64,000 nucleotides of DNA from Candidatus Krumholzibacteriota bacterium (lineage in GTDB: Bacteria > Krumholzibacteriota > Krumholzibacteriia > JAJRXK01), in the NCBI GenBank assembly GCA_963727455.1, contig CAVSGG010000006.1:32001-96000 (forward strand), written 5' to 3'. Shown here piece after piece: positions 1-11,800 of this stretch (its first letter is position 1; every line of letters starts with the position of its first letter). The notes under the pieces were generated by a model. The model was given only the letters and a program-made list of their open reading frames with translations. It was not told the DNA's origin and made no database searches. A program made the position numbers and the translations under genes.

Positions 1-335
1 TGTGCGAGTTCGGTCCCGGGGAGATCGGCCGTGAATACGTTCCAGTGACGATCCGCGAACCAGTAGGCCCAACCGGGCTGTCCATCGACCGTGTTGAAGA
101 AGATAGTGGAGTTCAAGTTTTCCGGCGGAAGGAGAGAGAGTCGGCGCCCTTCCGCCAGGCCCCAGAAGAACCCGGTCAGGTGCATGGAGTAGCCATCACC
201 CGTATCGAATTCCCAAATCTTGTAGTCCTTGTCCTTCACCTCTCTGCTGTAGTCTATGGCCATGCTCGCGGACGCGAGGCAGCAGAGTAGCGCGCCGGCG
301 AGAACGCCGATCCAGGCAATGCGTGCTCGGGACAT
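1..335 (-). CDS. Partial secreted protein, probable alpha/beta-hydrolase fold (runs off window start)
   Basis: Not in the ORF track. Manual translation from ATG 335 (GAGGAG RBS): MSRARIAWIGVLAGALLCCLASASMA-IDYSREV...TVDGQPGWAYWFADRHWNVFTADLPGTEL. Has a signal peptide; 'DGxPGWAxxF...VxxxDLPG' resembles alpha/beta hydrolases. Confidence 0.6.
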   Translation of the reverse strand, partial: MSRARIAWIGVLAGALLCCLASASMAIDYSREVKDKDYKIWEFDTGDGYSMHLTGFFWGLAEGRRLSLLPPENLNSTIFFNTVDGQPGWAYWFADRHWNVFTADLPGTELA

Positions 336-569
336 CGATCGGTCTCCTCGAAGCTCGGATTCTTCAATCCCCGTGAGAATGGATGATTCTGGAGCCACAG
401 TCTAAGCCCTGGAGCCGGTCGCGGCGAGCGGGAATGGCCGATTCGCGGCGTCGCGAGGCCAAGGCCGCACAAAAGTGGGATAGGCGGGAATAGAGCGACC
501 CCCGTGAGGGTAGATTGAAACAGAGGGCGCAGCGAGCGCACCCGCCGAAAATCCAACCAGGGAGCTGAG

Positions 570-3500
570 ATGAACGCCAATGCCAGCCGAAGACCTCGAC
601 GAAGCTTCTGGGACTGATTCTGCTGCTGGGCGCAGTGGCTCTGCTCGGCGCAAAAAGTCCGTCGGCGGACTCGCGGCAGTCCAGCTCCGGCCGCTCTTCC
701 ATGAACTTGGCGGCGGCGAACACGCGCGCCGCGCAGTCCGCGGCGAAGTCGCCCGCCGATCTCTATGACGAGGGTCGTGCGAGCTTTGGCGAACAGCGTT
801 ATCGAGCTGCTCTCGATGCTTTCGAGACCCTGCGTAAGAATGCGCCCGACTGGCGCCCGCGCGAAAGTGAATCGTGGCGTCTGTCGGCCGCTCTGCGATG
901 GGCGCAGGAAAGTTTGGAGCATGGGGATCTCGATACGCTCGTACTCGAGGCGAAATTGTTTTTGAAGAGCGAAGAAATGGATCGCCCCGGTGCGCGCGTC
1001 GCGGCCGAGATCGTGAGAATCCAGGGTCCCGACGCCGACGGCGGCCAGATTTTCGATGAGGCGGCCACGTACTGGGAGAGCCAGAAAGTCGAGCGCGGAG
1101 AACACGGCGGCTTACGCGGAATTGTTTCGTGCCGCGCTCGGGGAGCGCACTCGCTGGGTGAATCCGGAGCGCCGCTCCTTGCGCATGTGGCGCAACCTGT
1201 ACCGCGCGCCCGCGCCACGCGAAGTCCTCTTCTCGCTGGCGGAGACTCTGCTGAGCGGTCGTCCTCCCAGGCCCATCCCATACGCGGCGGAGCAAATGCC
1301 CGCCCTTTCCGAAGAACTCGATACGCGACAGGAGATCGCGCGCGAGGTCCTGAAACTATCTCCTGAGGATGTGCTGGCCGCGCGCTGTCATCTGGTGCTG
1401 GCCGTCGCGGAGGAGACGGTCGGGTACTTACGAAGAGGCCGCGCGCCAGGCCCAACGCGCCGTCGATTTGGGGGAGAACAAGACCGCTGATGCGATTACG
1501 GCTCGGGAAATCTTGCGCCGGCTGCTAACGCCCGCGCTGAGCATCGAGGGCTCCCAGTTGTACCGGCCCGGCTCCTACCACAGCCTGCACATAAAGTGGC
1601 GCAATCTGCGCAAGTGGCGGCTCGAGCTGCGCCGGGTCGATCCGCTGCAGGATTTGCTCCCCCTCGGCAAGTGGGATCCGCAGAGCAGTCCGGGATTCAC
1701 CGGGCCGCGCTACCGCGACGACGCCGGAACGGTGGTCTACGAACTGGAGCGTCAGGACGGTGCGGAGCTCGCCGCGCGCGAGGGCGCAGGCGAAGCGCAC
1801 GTTCCGCGCGATACCGCGCTCGCGCTCGCGCCCCTGAAGATTGGTCTGTACTGGGCCGTGCTGCGGGGTTCGGGCTTTGCCCCTTCGGTCTCGGCGAGCG
1901 CGGACACCGCGGGCAACGCGGACGAATGGAAACCCGATGTCTCGCATCTCTTGATTCAGGTCACCGATCTGGGGCTCTTGGCCGAACCGATGTCCAACGG
2001 AGAGACGGAGTTCTGGCTGACGAAAATGGACGGCAGCCCCTTGAACGGAAGTCCGGAGCTGCTGGTGCGCCGGTACTTCAGCATGCGGGGACGAGAACGG
2101 TCCTCCCAAGAATCCAAGCTTCAACTCGACGATGAAGGATTGGGCCGCATCAAGTCCCTGTCCAAGGATCACTATCAAGAGCAGATCATTGCGGTGGGGG
2201 AACTCCGCGGGCATCCCGTCGTGTTCAACGCGCCCGTCTATTCGCGGGGGCCATCGATCGAACAAACCCCGCAGTGGCGGGGGTTCATCCTCACAGATCG
2301 TCCGCTCTACCGGCCGGGCGAGACGGTGCACCTGCAGGCTCTGCTGCGGCGCGCGAATCTGCCCCAGCGCAAGTTGGAATTGCCCAAACCACGGCAAGTC
2401 GAGCTGGTGGTGCGCGCGCCCGACGGCAGCGAGATCCTGCACGAAAACGAGACCCTCGATGCAAACGGCGCGCTGGAGACGGTCTTTCCTCTGTCTTCGC
2501 GCCCCCCGTTGGGAGCCTATTCGGTCCAAGTACGCTCGGGAGGGACGGGGCTCTGCTACGGGTCTTTCCAGGTCGACGAATACCGTTTGCCCGAATTTCG
2601 CGTGCAAGTGCAGCTCGATCAGGAGCAGCGCTACGTTCTGGGCGATTCTCTCCACGTGAAGGTGTCGGCCGAATATCTCTTCGGCGGAGCGGTGCAGGGC
2701 AGCGCCGAAGTCGTTGTGCGCCGAAGCCCCTACCTCGGAGGCTGGCGACCGACGCCCTTCTACGTCTTGGGATTCCGTAGGGATCGCACACTGCAGCCCT
2801 GGCCTGGCTACGCTGGCGGACAGGAAGTCCTTCGGCAGACGCTCATCCTGAACGAGAAGGGCGAGGCGGAGTTGATTCTTCCCACCGAGGCGCCGGCCGA
2901 TACGCCCAACGGCCGCTTCGAGTATTCCGTGGAAGCGCGAGTCACCGACGCCAGTCGCCGAGAAGAGTCGACGACATCAGAGGTGCGTGTGGGTGCGCAG
3001 GAGGTGTACGCCTCCCTGGCGCCGAAGCTCTACGTCGTGGCGCCCGGCGATTCAGCTCGCGTTCGCGTGCACGTGGAAGACCTCATGGGCCGTCCGGCCG
3101 CGATCGAAGGAGCTTGCACTCTCTGGTTCGTCCGCAGCGACGGCACCCGCGAACAGATACAAGAGAGTGAGCTGAAGGTGGGGGACAGCGGAGAGGTCTG
3201 GTACGACTTCCAGTCCAAGAAGCCGGGTCGCTACGAAGTACATTTCAGTGCGCAGGATACGCGCGGAAACGCGGTGGAAGCGGAGACCACGGTGTACTGC
3301 GCCGATCCGCGCGAGAAGCTGCTGGTGGGTGGGGGCACGGGCATCACCCTCATCGCCCAGGAAGACGCGTTCCTGGGGGATGTCGCGCGCGTCTTGCTCG
3401 TGAGCGAGCGTCCTGATGTCTCGGTCCACCTTACCCAGAGCTTCGGAACCGAGATCAAGACCCAGGTTCTGAAGTTGCGCGGGACCGCGCGCCTGCTGGA

Positions 3501-6306
3501 GATCCCTCTCGATGCCGCACACCGGCCGTATTTCTTTCTTCGAGCGATCACCGCGTGGGACTATCGCTTCCAGGAAGCTCAATTGCGCGTGGAAGCTCCC
3601 GCACCCGAACGGTTCTTGAAGCTGAAGCTCGACTTTGCCTCCGACGACTACCGTCCCGGCGACACCGCGAAGCTCCTCGTGAAGGCGACCGACCTCGAAG
3701 GCAGGCCGGTGCGGACGAGCTTCACGGTGGCGGTGGTGGACGACGCGATCCTGCAGCTCCGTCCGCGACCCGAGTTGGAGTTGGGCCCCATTCTGCAGAA
3801 TTTCCCGGTACTCACCCTGCGGCCCTCGACGCTCTCGCCTCAGTCCTACGGTTCGTTCCGCGAGTTCGCGGACGAGGACGACGCGATCGAACCCTTCGCA
3901 CGTTCCCCGCGGAGCCCGAGTTCCGAGGGCTTCGCCGTGGCAGGCTCGGCGATCATGCGATCGGGCCGGGCCGCCCAGGGCGTCGATCTGGCGGAGGCTC
4001 TTCCGGACAGTTGGGGCATGGCCAAGGACGCCGCGGCCGAGATGCCCAAACAGCCGCCCCTGTTCGTGCCCACGTCCACTCCCGCGCAGGCTCCCATCGA
4101 ATTGCGCCAGGATTTCCGCAGCACCGCGCTGTGGCGCACCATGGTGACGACCGACGAGGACGGCACCGCCCAACTCGAGGTCTCGCTGCCGGACAACCTC
4201 ACCACCTGGAACGCGTGGGCGCTCGCGCTGGACTCCGAGAACCGCGGCGGTCAGGCCGAGACCGAAACTCACACCCACAAAGAAGTGATGGTGCGTCTGA
4301 ACCACCCGCGGATCTTCCGCGAGGGCGATCGCTTTCACTTCACGGCCACGGTGCACAACGAAAGTGCGACTTCGATCGACGCGCGCCTGCAACTGAAGGC
4401 GGAGGGCCTGGAATTGCAGCAAGAGGATGCACAGGTCCACGTGCCCGCCGATGGGCAGGCCAGCGTCGATCTGGTGGCCACGGTGCCCAAGGACGCAGCC
4501 GGGCTCAGCCTGAGCCGTGACGACGAGAGCGGGAGTATCGTGGTCAGCCCGCGCCGGGTGAAGGTGACGATCGAAGCTCGCAGCGAGCAGGGATCGGATG
4601 CCTTCGTGCGCACCGTCGAAGTCTATCCCTGGGGCACGCCCTTGCGCGTGGTCACGGACGGCGAGCTAGGCAAGGGGAGCGAGCATGAGACCCTGGCCCT
4701 GAACCTGCCGACGCAACGCCGCGACGAATTGAGCCGCGCGGTGCTCACGGTTTCCCCCAGCGTGCTCGCGGCCTGCGTCGATGCCCTGCCCTATTTGGCC
4801 GACTACCCCTACGGCTGCACCGAGCAGACTCTCTCGCGTTTCGTGCCCGCTCTGGCGGTGCGCGCCGCGGCCCGAGAGCTCGGCGTGAAGAGTTCGCGCT
4901 TCGACCCCAAGCTCGACGAGAAGATCAGAGAGGGCCTGGCCCGCATCGCGAGCATGCAGCACTCCGACGGAGGTTGGGGATGGTGGTCGCAGGATGAGAG
5001 CCAGCCCTATCTGACGTCCTACGCACTCCTGGCCCTCGCGCAGGCTGAGGAAGGCGGCCAAGACGTGAACGCGAGCATGCTGCGGCGCGGGCGCGATCGT
5101 CTGCGTCAATTGCTGCCCTCACTGGAGAACAACCCGGACGATCTCAGCTACGCGCTGTACGCGCTGGCCGAGGTCGATGGGGCGGGGGCCGACTCGGGTT
5201 CGCAAGGCAAGGGCTTGAACGAAGACGAGACGATGGCGCGCCTGGCGCAAGGTCTCTTCAAGGAGCGCGATTCGCTACGCGACTACGCGCGCGCCCTGCT
5301 CGCCTCCTATCTGCAGCGCAGCGGACACCACGAACAGGCACTCCTGATGCTGGCAAAACTGCAAGAGGATGCACAGCAGGATAAGAAGTACGGCACCGCG
5401 CATTGGGGAAAGAGGCACGGCTATTGGTGGCGCGGCGACGGAGCGGTCGAGGCCACCTCCTTCGCCCTGCAGGCCCTGCTCGAGCTCGCTCCCGACGATC
5501 CTCTCACCCGCGCGTCCGCGCGCTGGCTCGTGGCGAATCGCGAGGGCGAGCGTTGGGACAGCACGCGCGCCTCGGCGCATGCCATCTTCGCGCTGTGCGC
5601 CTTCGCGCGGGCTCGGGGTGAGACCAATCCCTCCTTCACCCTCAGCGCCCAGGTGGGGCAGCAGGAAGTGTTGCGCATCGCGGTCACACGCGAGAACCTG
5701 CTCGACGCGGGCGGCTCGTGGCCGATCGATGTGGCGGCCCTCGCGCGTGCCAAGGGACGCGTCGATCTCGCACTCGAGGGAAGTGGAAGCGCCTACGCCA
5801 GCCTCTCCTTCGACACCTGGACCGCACAGGAGCGTCCGCGCAGCACCGAGAACTGGCTGAGCGTGAAGCGCGAGTATGCGCGACTGGTTCCAGAGCGCAC
5901 CTTGGGGGGCAGCGTGATTTTGCGCGAGGAAGCGTTGAAGGACGGCGCCGAGGTGGCGAGCGGCGAGCGCATTCGCGTGCACCTGAAGTTGAATGCGCAT
6001 CGCGAGCTGGACTATGTGGCGCTGGAGGATCCGCGTCCCGCCGGCTGCGAAGCGGTAGAGCGTCTGAGCGGCTGGTTCACGGGCGGCGGCCTCTCGGGCA
6101 GGCGCGAGCTGCGCGACGAGGGCAACGTCTTCTTCTTTGGCCATTTGAGCGAGGGGGAGCACGAATTCAGCTACGATTTGCGCGCGGAGAGTCCGGGAAG
6201 CTTCAGGGTGCCCGTGGCGCGGATCTTCGGCATGTATCTGCCGGACCTGAGTGGCAGCTCACAGAGCTTTCACCTGGGAATCAGCGCTGCGGCGCCACCG
6301 CGCTGA
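570..6306 (+). CDS. Bacterial alpha-2-macroglobulin (MG2) family protein, ~1900 aa; 5' part split by three 1-bp indels
   Basis: TDRPLYRPGETV, FQVDEYRLPEF, LRQDFRSTALW, LPDNLTTW, thioester YPYGCTEQ (4816-4827), DGGWGWW, YDLRAESPGSFRVP. N-terminus stitched from ATG 570 (GGAG RBS) through ORFs 635..1366, 1056..1490 and 1369..6306. Confidence 0.9.
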
Positions 6307-6348
6307 TCCAGCACGGCGCCGTAGGAATTCCGCTCGCGGCCGGCGAAT

Positions 6349-8382
6349 TCAGCGCCCCTTGAACTCCGGACGCCTGCGGCCCAGCGAGCTGAGACCTTCA
6401 TAGGCGTCCTCGCTGGCGAAGATCTCCTTCAGGTGGGCCAGCTCTTCCTTCAGGCCGGCCTGAAGCCCGGCCTCTTCCCCGCGCGCGATGGCGGCATCGA
6501 CCACGCGGCAGGCGAGCGGCGCCTTGCGCGCCACGCGCGCCGCGGCCTTTCCCACCGCGGAATCCTCAGCCTGCGCCTTGCCCGTGAGCAGAGCCTCGAG
6601 TTCGGCCGCGTCGAAGAAATCGCGCAGCGCCTTCAGGCGCAGTGGCAGCTCGGCCTTTGCCCTCGAGTTTGGCAGGGCGGACTTTCCCGCGGCGTGCAGG
6701 GACTTGATCCGCGAAGAGAGCTGTTCGACGGGAACGATCTCGTCCACCAATCCCATGGCCAGCGCGCTCTGAGCGTCCACGCTGTCGCCGGTGAGCAGCA
6801 GATAGCGCGTCATCTGGGGTCCGATGCGGCGCCGCGTGCGCTGCGTTCCGCCCAGTCCGGGGTAGATGCCGATGCCGGTCTCGGGGAAGCCCATGCTGCC
6901 CTTGTCGGTGGCCAGGATCCAGTCGGCGCACAACGCAAGCTCGCTGCCGCCGCCCAGGCTGAGTCCGTCCAGGCGCGCGATGACGAGCTTTTCGCTCTCG
7001 TCGATGCGCCGGTACAGCTCCTGTCCCTTCTCGGTGAAGTCCTGAATTCCTTGGAAGTCCTCGGCCTCGATGCGCTTCACGAAGTAGCGGATGTCGGCCC
7101 CGGCCACGAAGGCCTTGCCCGCGCCGCGCAGAACGATGGTGGACACGTCCTCACGGCGATCCATCTCGTCGAATTTCGCGGCCAGCTGGGCGACGAGTTC
7201 TTCGTTGAGCGCGTTGAGGGCGTCGGGGCGATTCAGGGTGATTTCGGCCAGCCCATCCTCTACTTCGGCTTTCACCAGCTCGAAGGCGAAGGGTCCCTTG
7301 GCCTGTTCCAGCAGCGCGGGCATCTTCAGGTCCGGATAGTGCGCCACCAGGGCCTCGACACGAGCCCGCGCCCGCTCCAGGCCGTCGCGGTTGATGAGTT
7401 GGAAGGGGCCCTCGCTCCAGCGCAGGCCCACCCGCGCGCCGATGTCGCAGTCCTCGATGCTGCACACCCCTTCGTCCACCATGGTGCAGGCGATCTGGAA
7501 GCTGACGCCCAGGAGGCGATCGGCCACCGCCTCGAACTTCGACTCGTCGACTTCTCCCTCCAGCTGCCAGTTTTCACCGCGCTCGCCCTTCTCGGCGAGC
7601 AGGGGGGCGGGCTCATAAAAGGAACCGAGTTCCTTTCCCAGAGTGGTGGCGGCGTGCCAGGCGATCGGCACTCCCGTGACGTTCATCAGCTCGAAGGGTC
7701 CCATGCCGATGCGGAAAGCTTTCTTGCTCGCGGCCTCGATGGTGGCCAGGGAGGCCACCTTCTCTTCCAGCAAGCGCACGGCCTCGTTGAGCCAGGGGAC
7801 GAAGTAGCGATTGACCACGAAGCCGGGGCGATCCGCGGAGTGAATGGGCGTCTTCCCGACGGTCTCGGCGAAGCTCCAGGCCCAGCTTCTGGTTTCCTCA
7901 CTGGTGCTCTCGTGGGGGATCACTTCCACCAGGCGATTCTTGGCCGGGTGGTAGAAGAAGTGCATTCCAACTACGCGGTCGGCTCTCTTGGTGGCGGCCG
8001 CGAGGTCCTTCACGTAGAAGGAGGAGGTGTTGGTGGCCAGGCGGGTCGAGGGAGCGCAGATCTCGTCCAACTGAGCGAAGAGCTTGCGCTTCAGCTCGAG
8101 CTCCTCGAACACGGCTTCGATCACGAGTTCGCAGCGGGAGCAGTCCTCCAGCCGGCAGCTGGGACGGATGCGGCTCAAGATGCGGGCGACCTCCTCCTCA
8201 CGGAAGATGCGGCGCTCCACCGCCTCCCCCAGCAAAGTCCGGATCCGTTCCATTCCGCGGTCCACCGCCGCCTGGTCCAGATCGACCAGAACCACCTCAC
8301 AGCCCTCCGTGGCCAGTTTTTGGGCGATTCCGCTGCCCATGTTGCCCGCGCCGATGACTCCGAAGCTTCGCTGCTGCTCCAT
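6349..8382 (-). CDS. Fused 3-hydroxyacyl-CoA dehydrogenase / enoyl-CoA hydratase
   Basis: N-terminal GVIGAGNMGSGIA, TNTSS, GMHFFYHP; C-terminal crotonase motifs LNRPDALNALN, AFVAGADI, GGGSELAL, PETGIGIYPGLGGTQR. Confidence 0.93.
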   Translation of the reverse strand: MEQQRSFGVIGAGNMGSGIAQKLATEGCEVVLVDLDQAAVDRGMERIRTLLGEAVERRIFREEEVARILSRIRPSCRLEDCSRCELVIEAVFEELELKRKLFAQLDEICAPSTRLATNTSSFYVKDLAAATKRADRVVGMHFFYHPAKNRLVEVIPHESTSEETRSWAWSFAETVGKTPIHSADRPGFVVNRYFVPWLNEAVRLLEEKVASLATIEAASKKAFRIGMGPFELMNVTGVPIAWHAATTLGKELGSFYEPAPLLAEKGERGENWQLEGEVDESKFEAVADRLLGVSFQIACTMVDEGVCSIEDCDIGARVGLRWSEGPFQLINRDGLERARARVEALVAHYPDLKMPALLEQAKGPFAFELVKAEVEDGLAEITLNRPDALNALNEELVAQLAAKFDEMDRREDVSTIVLRGAGKAFVAGADIRYFVKRIEAEDFQGIQDFTEKGQELYRRIDESEKLVIARLDGLSLGGGSELALCADWILATDKGSMGFPETGIGIYPGLGGTQRTRRRIGPQMTRYLLLTGDSVDAQSALAMGLVDEIVPVEQLSSRIKSLHAAGKSALPNSRAKAELPLRLKALRDFFDAAELEALLTGKAQAEDSAVGKAAARVARKAPLACRVVDAAIARGEEAGLQAGLKEELAHLKEIFASEDAYEGLSSLGRRRPEFKGR

Positions 8383-8514
8383 CCGGGACTCCCCCCTTGA
8401 GATGTCTAGAGCCTTAACTCTATGATATTCAATGGACTACGAGACTTGCCCGCCGCTTGCCCCGCATCATTGAATACTGCAAAGGCCCGGATGGGGCCAG
8501 CGGAATTCTCCCGC

Positions 8515-8549
8515 TTGAATCTTCACGGAGAAGTGCGGTATACTTCTCC
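8515..8549 (+). promoter_or_regulatory. sigma70-type promoter (TTGAAT-N18-TATACT) overlapped by inverted repeat GGAGAAGT-N7-ACTTCTCC
   Basis: -35 at 8515-8520, -10 at 8539-8544; 8-bp perfect arms at 8527-8534 and 8542-8549. Confidence 0.55.
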
Positions 8550-8865
8550 CGGCGACTCAGCAGCTTCGTTCCAGCCGTAATCTCGGTTGGAGCGATTACG
8601 GTCAAATGGAACGGGATGCATGTTTTTCCCTGAAATGTCGTTCCACCACTCTTTCAGGCCGGATCCTTACTCGACGCTGGAGAAGAGCGCTTCATTTCGG
8701 AAGAGCTAGTCTCCAATCCCGCACCTGAATCCCGCGGTTTCTGACCGCGGAATGTGGGCCCATTGGCCGTGCTTCTCATCGTGGGGTGTCGTGCTCGCAT
8801 CATGACGCTTTCACTCAGTTTGAAATCCAGACCGTCGTTGAGAAATCAACGTGGGAGGGACCAGC

Positions 8866-11800
8866 ATGAAGAGAATTAGCATTCTCGCGTTGTGCCTATT
8901 CCTCGCCGTTTTCGGTGTAAGCGCAGCTTTCGCCAATAACGGGGGGAACGATGGGCCGCTAAAGTATGCGGCTCAGGATGGCAAACAGATTTCCCAAGTT
9001 TTTACCGGTGTCAATGATGGCCTGTCCAAGGCCTCCACTGACACTTTCTATCTCTATGGAGGGCCGCCCTCCTTCGCCGATCCCAACGTCCATGCGTCCG
9101 TTTCGCCTTGGCCGCAGGGAATGTTCCAGACCTTCTTGGCGGGTGGATCCCCGCAGACGCAGGGATGGACCTCGGAAGACTTGACCGAGCCGCCGGTTCG
9201 CTGGCACGGTTCGACCATCAACGCCGAGGCCAGCCTGAATGGTCTGGTCGACAGCCTTTTCACTGGTAATCCTTTGACCAACCAGGCTGTCATCTCTCAC
9301 CACGAGGCCGCGACTGCCGTCGACTACACGGGTTATGGCAACCTGTGGAAAGACTGGCTCGTCTTCGACTATGACATGAACCAGGTTGCCGGTTGGAACA
9401 ACACCTTGGCGGCCAACGTTCAGCTCACAGCCGAATACAAGTGCGACCTCGAGTCCTGCTGCGACTTCCTGCAGTTCGAGTGGTACTCGGCCAGCACTGG
9501 CTGGAACACCGTTGCTGCTCTGGACGTTCAGACCTTCGACGGAACGCAGTACAACGCCAGGCTCTTCGACTCGGATGATCCGGCTCAAGACGGCGTTGCG
9601 GGCGGTATCGTGTATCAGCCCGCGGACTATGACTCCGACCACATCCGCCTGCGCATTCAGGTGAACTCCGACAGTGGTTGGTCGGATGAGGACGGTCGTC
9701 CTTCCGCGGGTCGCGGTGGTGCGATGGTCGACAACATCAACGTCTCCGTGAACGGCAACCTCGTCAGCAACGCTGACTGGGAAGGCGCCACGATCGTTGA
9801 TCAGCCCGAAGGTGACATCAGCGGACTGAACAATGGTGCAGTTCCTGGTAGCGCTGGCTGGACTCCGACGCCTTCCACCTTCAACGGTGACTTCTCGAAG
9901 GTCATTGCGGCCTTTGTCGAAGGCGACATCGACGTTTGCCGTGAGAACAACACTCCGCAGCTGGCGTTCATCAACAACGGTAGCGGTGCGAATAACTCCC
10001 CGACCCCGGTTCCGGCTTCGGTCGGAAGCACCACCTATGGTATTCCCTCGGGTCCCGGCGCGGGAACCGTGTTCGAGTATCAGGGCGGACTTCTGCCTGC
10101 CGGTGACGGCGGTGTCTACAACAAGTGGATTTCGCCCGTCATCGATGTGGCCCAGGGTCAGCCGGCCACGAATGGTGGGTTCTGGATGGGTTACACGATC
10201 TGGTCGGATCTGCCCCTCTTCCCGAACCTGATTTTCTGGCGCTGGAGTGTCCGCAGCCACGACCCCGTGTCTGGCGGTTGGAGCCCCTGGCAGGACTGCC
10301 CGTACCATTATTATGGTCCGTCCAGCTCCTGGGGTAACGGTGTTCTCAGCATCACCGACAAGATCGTTGCGAACGCAGACTCCGTGCAGGTGTCCTTCAT
10401 GGGTCGCGACGCTGCGGTTGCCTTTACCGGCGGCCCCAGCACGGACGCCACACCGGCTCCTGAGTTCGACAACGTCTGGGTGAAGAGGTTCGAGATTGGT
10501 GGACCGGCCATCACCGTTCCCGCCAACAGCCTCTTCAACGACGGCTTCCCGTCGAATGGTACGACCACTTCGGCTGTGCGCTTCGATCCGGGTGCCAACA
10601 TTGGTGGTACTGGTTCCACCACGGTCAACTATGTCCCGCAGGACTCCTTGGCTGTCAATGTGGTGTGCATCATCCCGGGGAGCAGCTTGCCTGACTTCGG
10701 TAAGATGTATGTCGCTCACCTGCAGAACCCGGTGTACGACCAGACGGATCGTGCGGCCGGTGCTGCCGACGTGAACAACTACGCGATGGCTGGCACCTCC
10801 ACCGATGCGGCTCACAACGGTTGGCCGATCTACACCTACGACGTTGATGGCCAGCAGTGCACGCTCAACGGCTCCGTGGTTCCTGATCAGTACTTCTTCG
10901 ATCTGCCGGACGGTCTGGGCTATGGCCTGTACCAGCACGCGGACGAAGATTCGCTGATCTTCCCCGGTGACGTTGTGCACTACTACCTGGAGTTCCAGGA
11001 TGATCAGCCGACTCCTGGCGTAAGCCGGACAGTTGCTGACATCAGCGACTTCTTGGACTTCAGCTTGACCACCACCTACAACCGTCAGTGGACCATGCGT
11101 GCTCTGCCGACGGTCGACGGCAGCGGCGGACAGCCGGGCCTGCTGTGGTGGAACGACGTCGACTCTCGTGGCAACGACAATGAGATCCTGCTCGGCTTCG
11201 CGCAGAACGGACTCTTGGAAGGCCGCGACTATGACACGTATGTGACGAAGGGTGCGTCCTCCGGGATGGGTAACGGTCTCGGTTCCGCCGGCGAGCACGG
11301 CGCGACTGCGGGCCAGCTGTCCGGTTACGATTGCCTCTTCTACACCATGCAAAACCTCACCGAGCCGGCTCTGAGCAACGGCAACAAGGGGGTCAACGGT
11401 AATGACTGGAGCGATGACGTCACTCTGCTGACGACCTGGCACAACCAGTCCGCTGATCGTTTCTCCGCGTACTTCGGTGAGAACTTCGCACAGGCCATGG
11501 ACAACCAGTTGAACGGCGCATTCCTGTCGAACGTGCTGGGTGTGCAGTTCAACAACGGTGACCTGAACAACGGCCACAACCTGGATGACCAGGTGGCCGC
11601 GCTTGTGAAGCCGACCGGAAACGGTAACTCCGCTGGATTCTTCGTGACCAACTACAGCCCCTATGGCGGCTGTCTCGCGATCAATGACTGGGATGACATT
11701 TCTCCCGTTGGCGGCGCGGTCGTGGCTCACGAGTTCACGGACCCGACCGGTAACTTCTACACACCGACTTCCCGCAACGCGAGCATCTACTGGGATCGCG

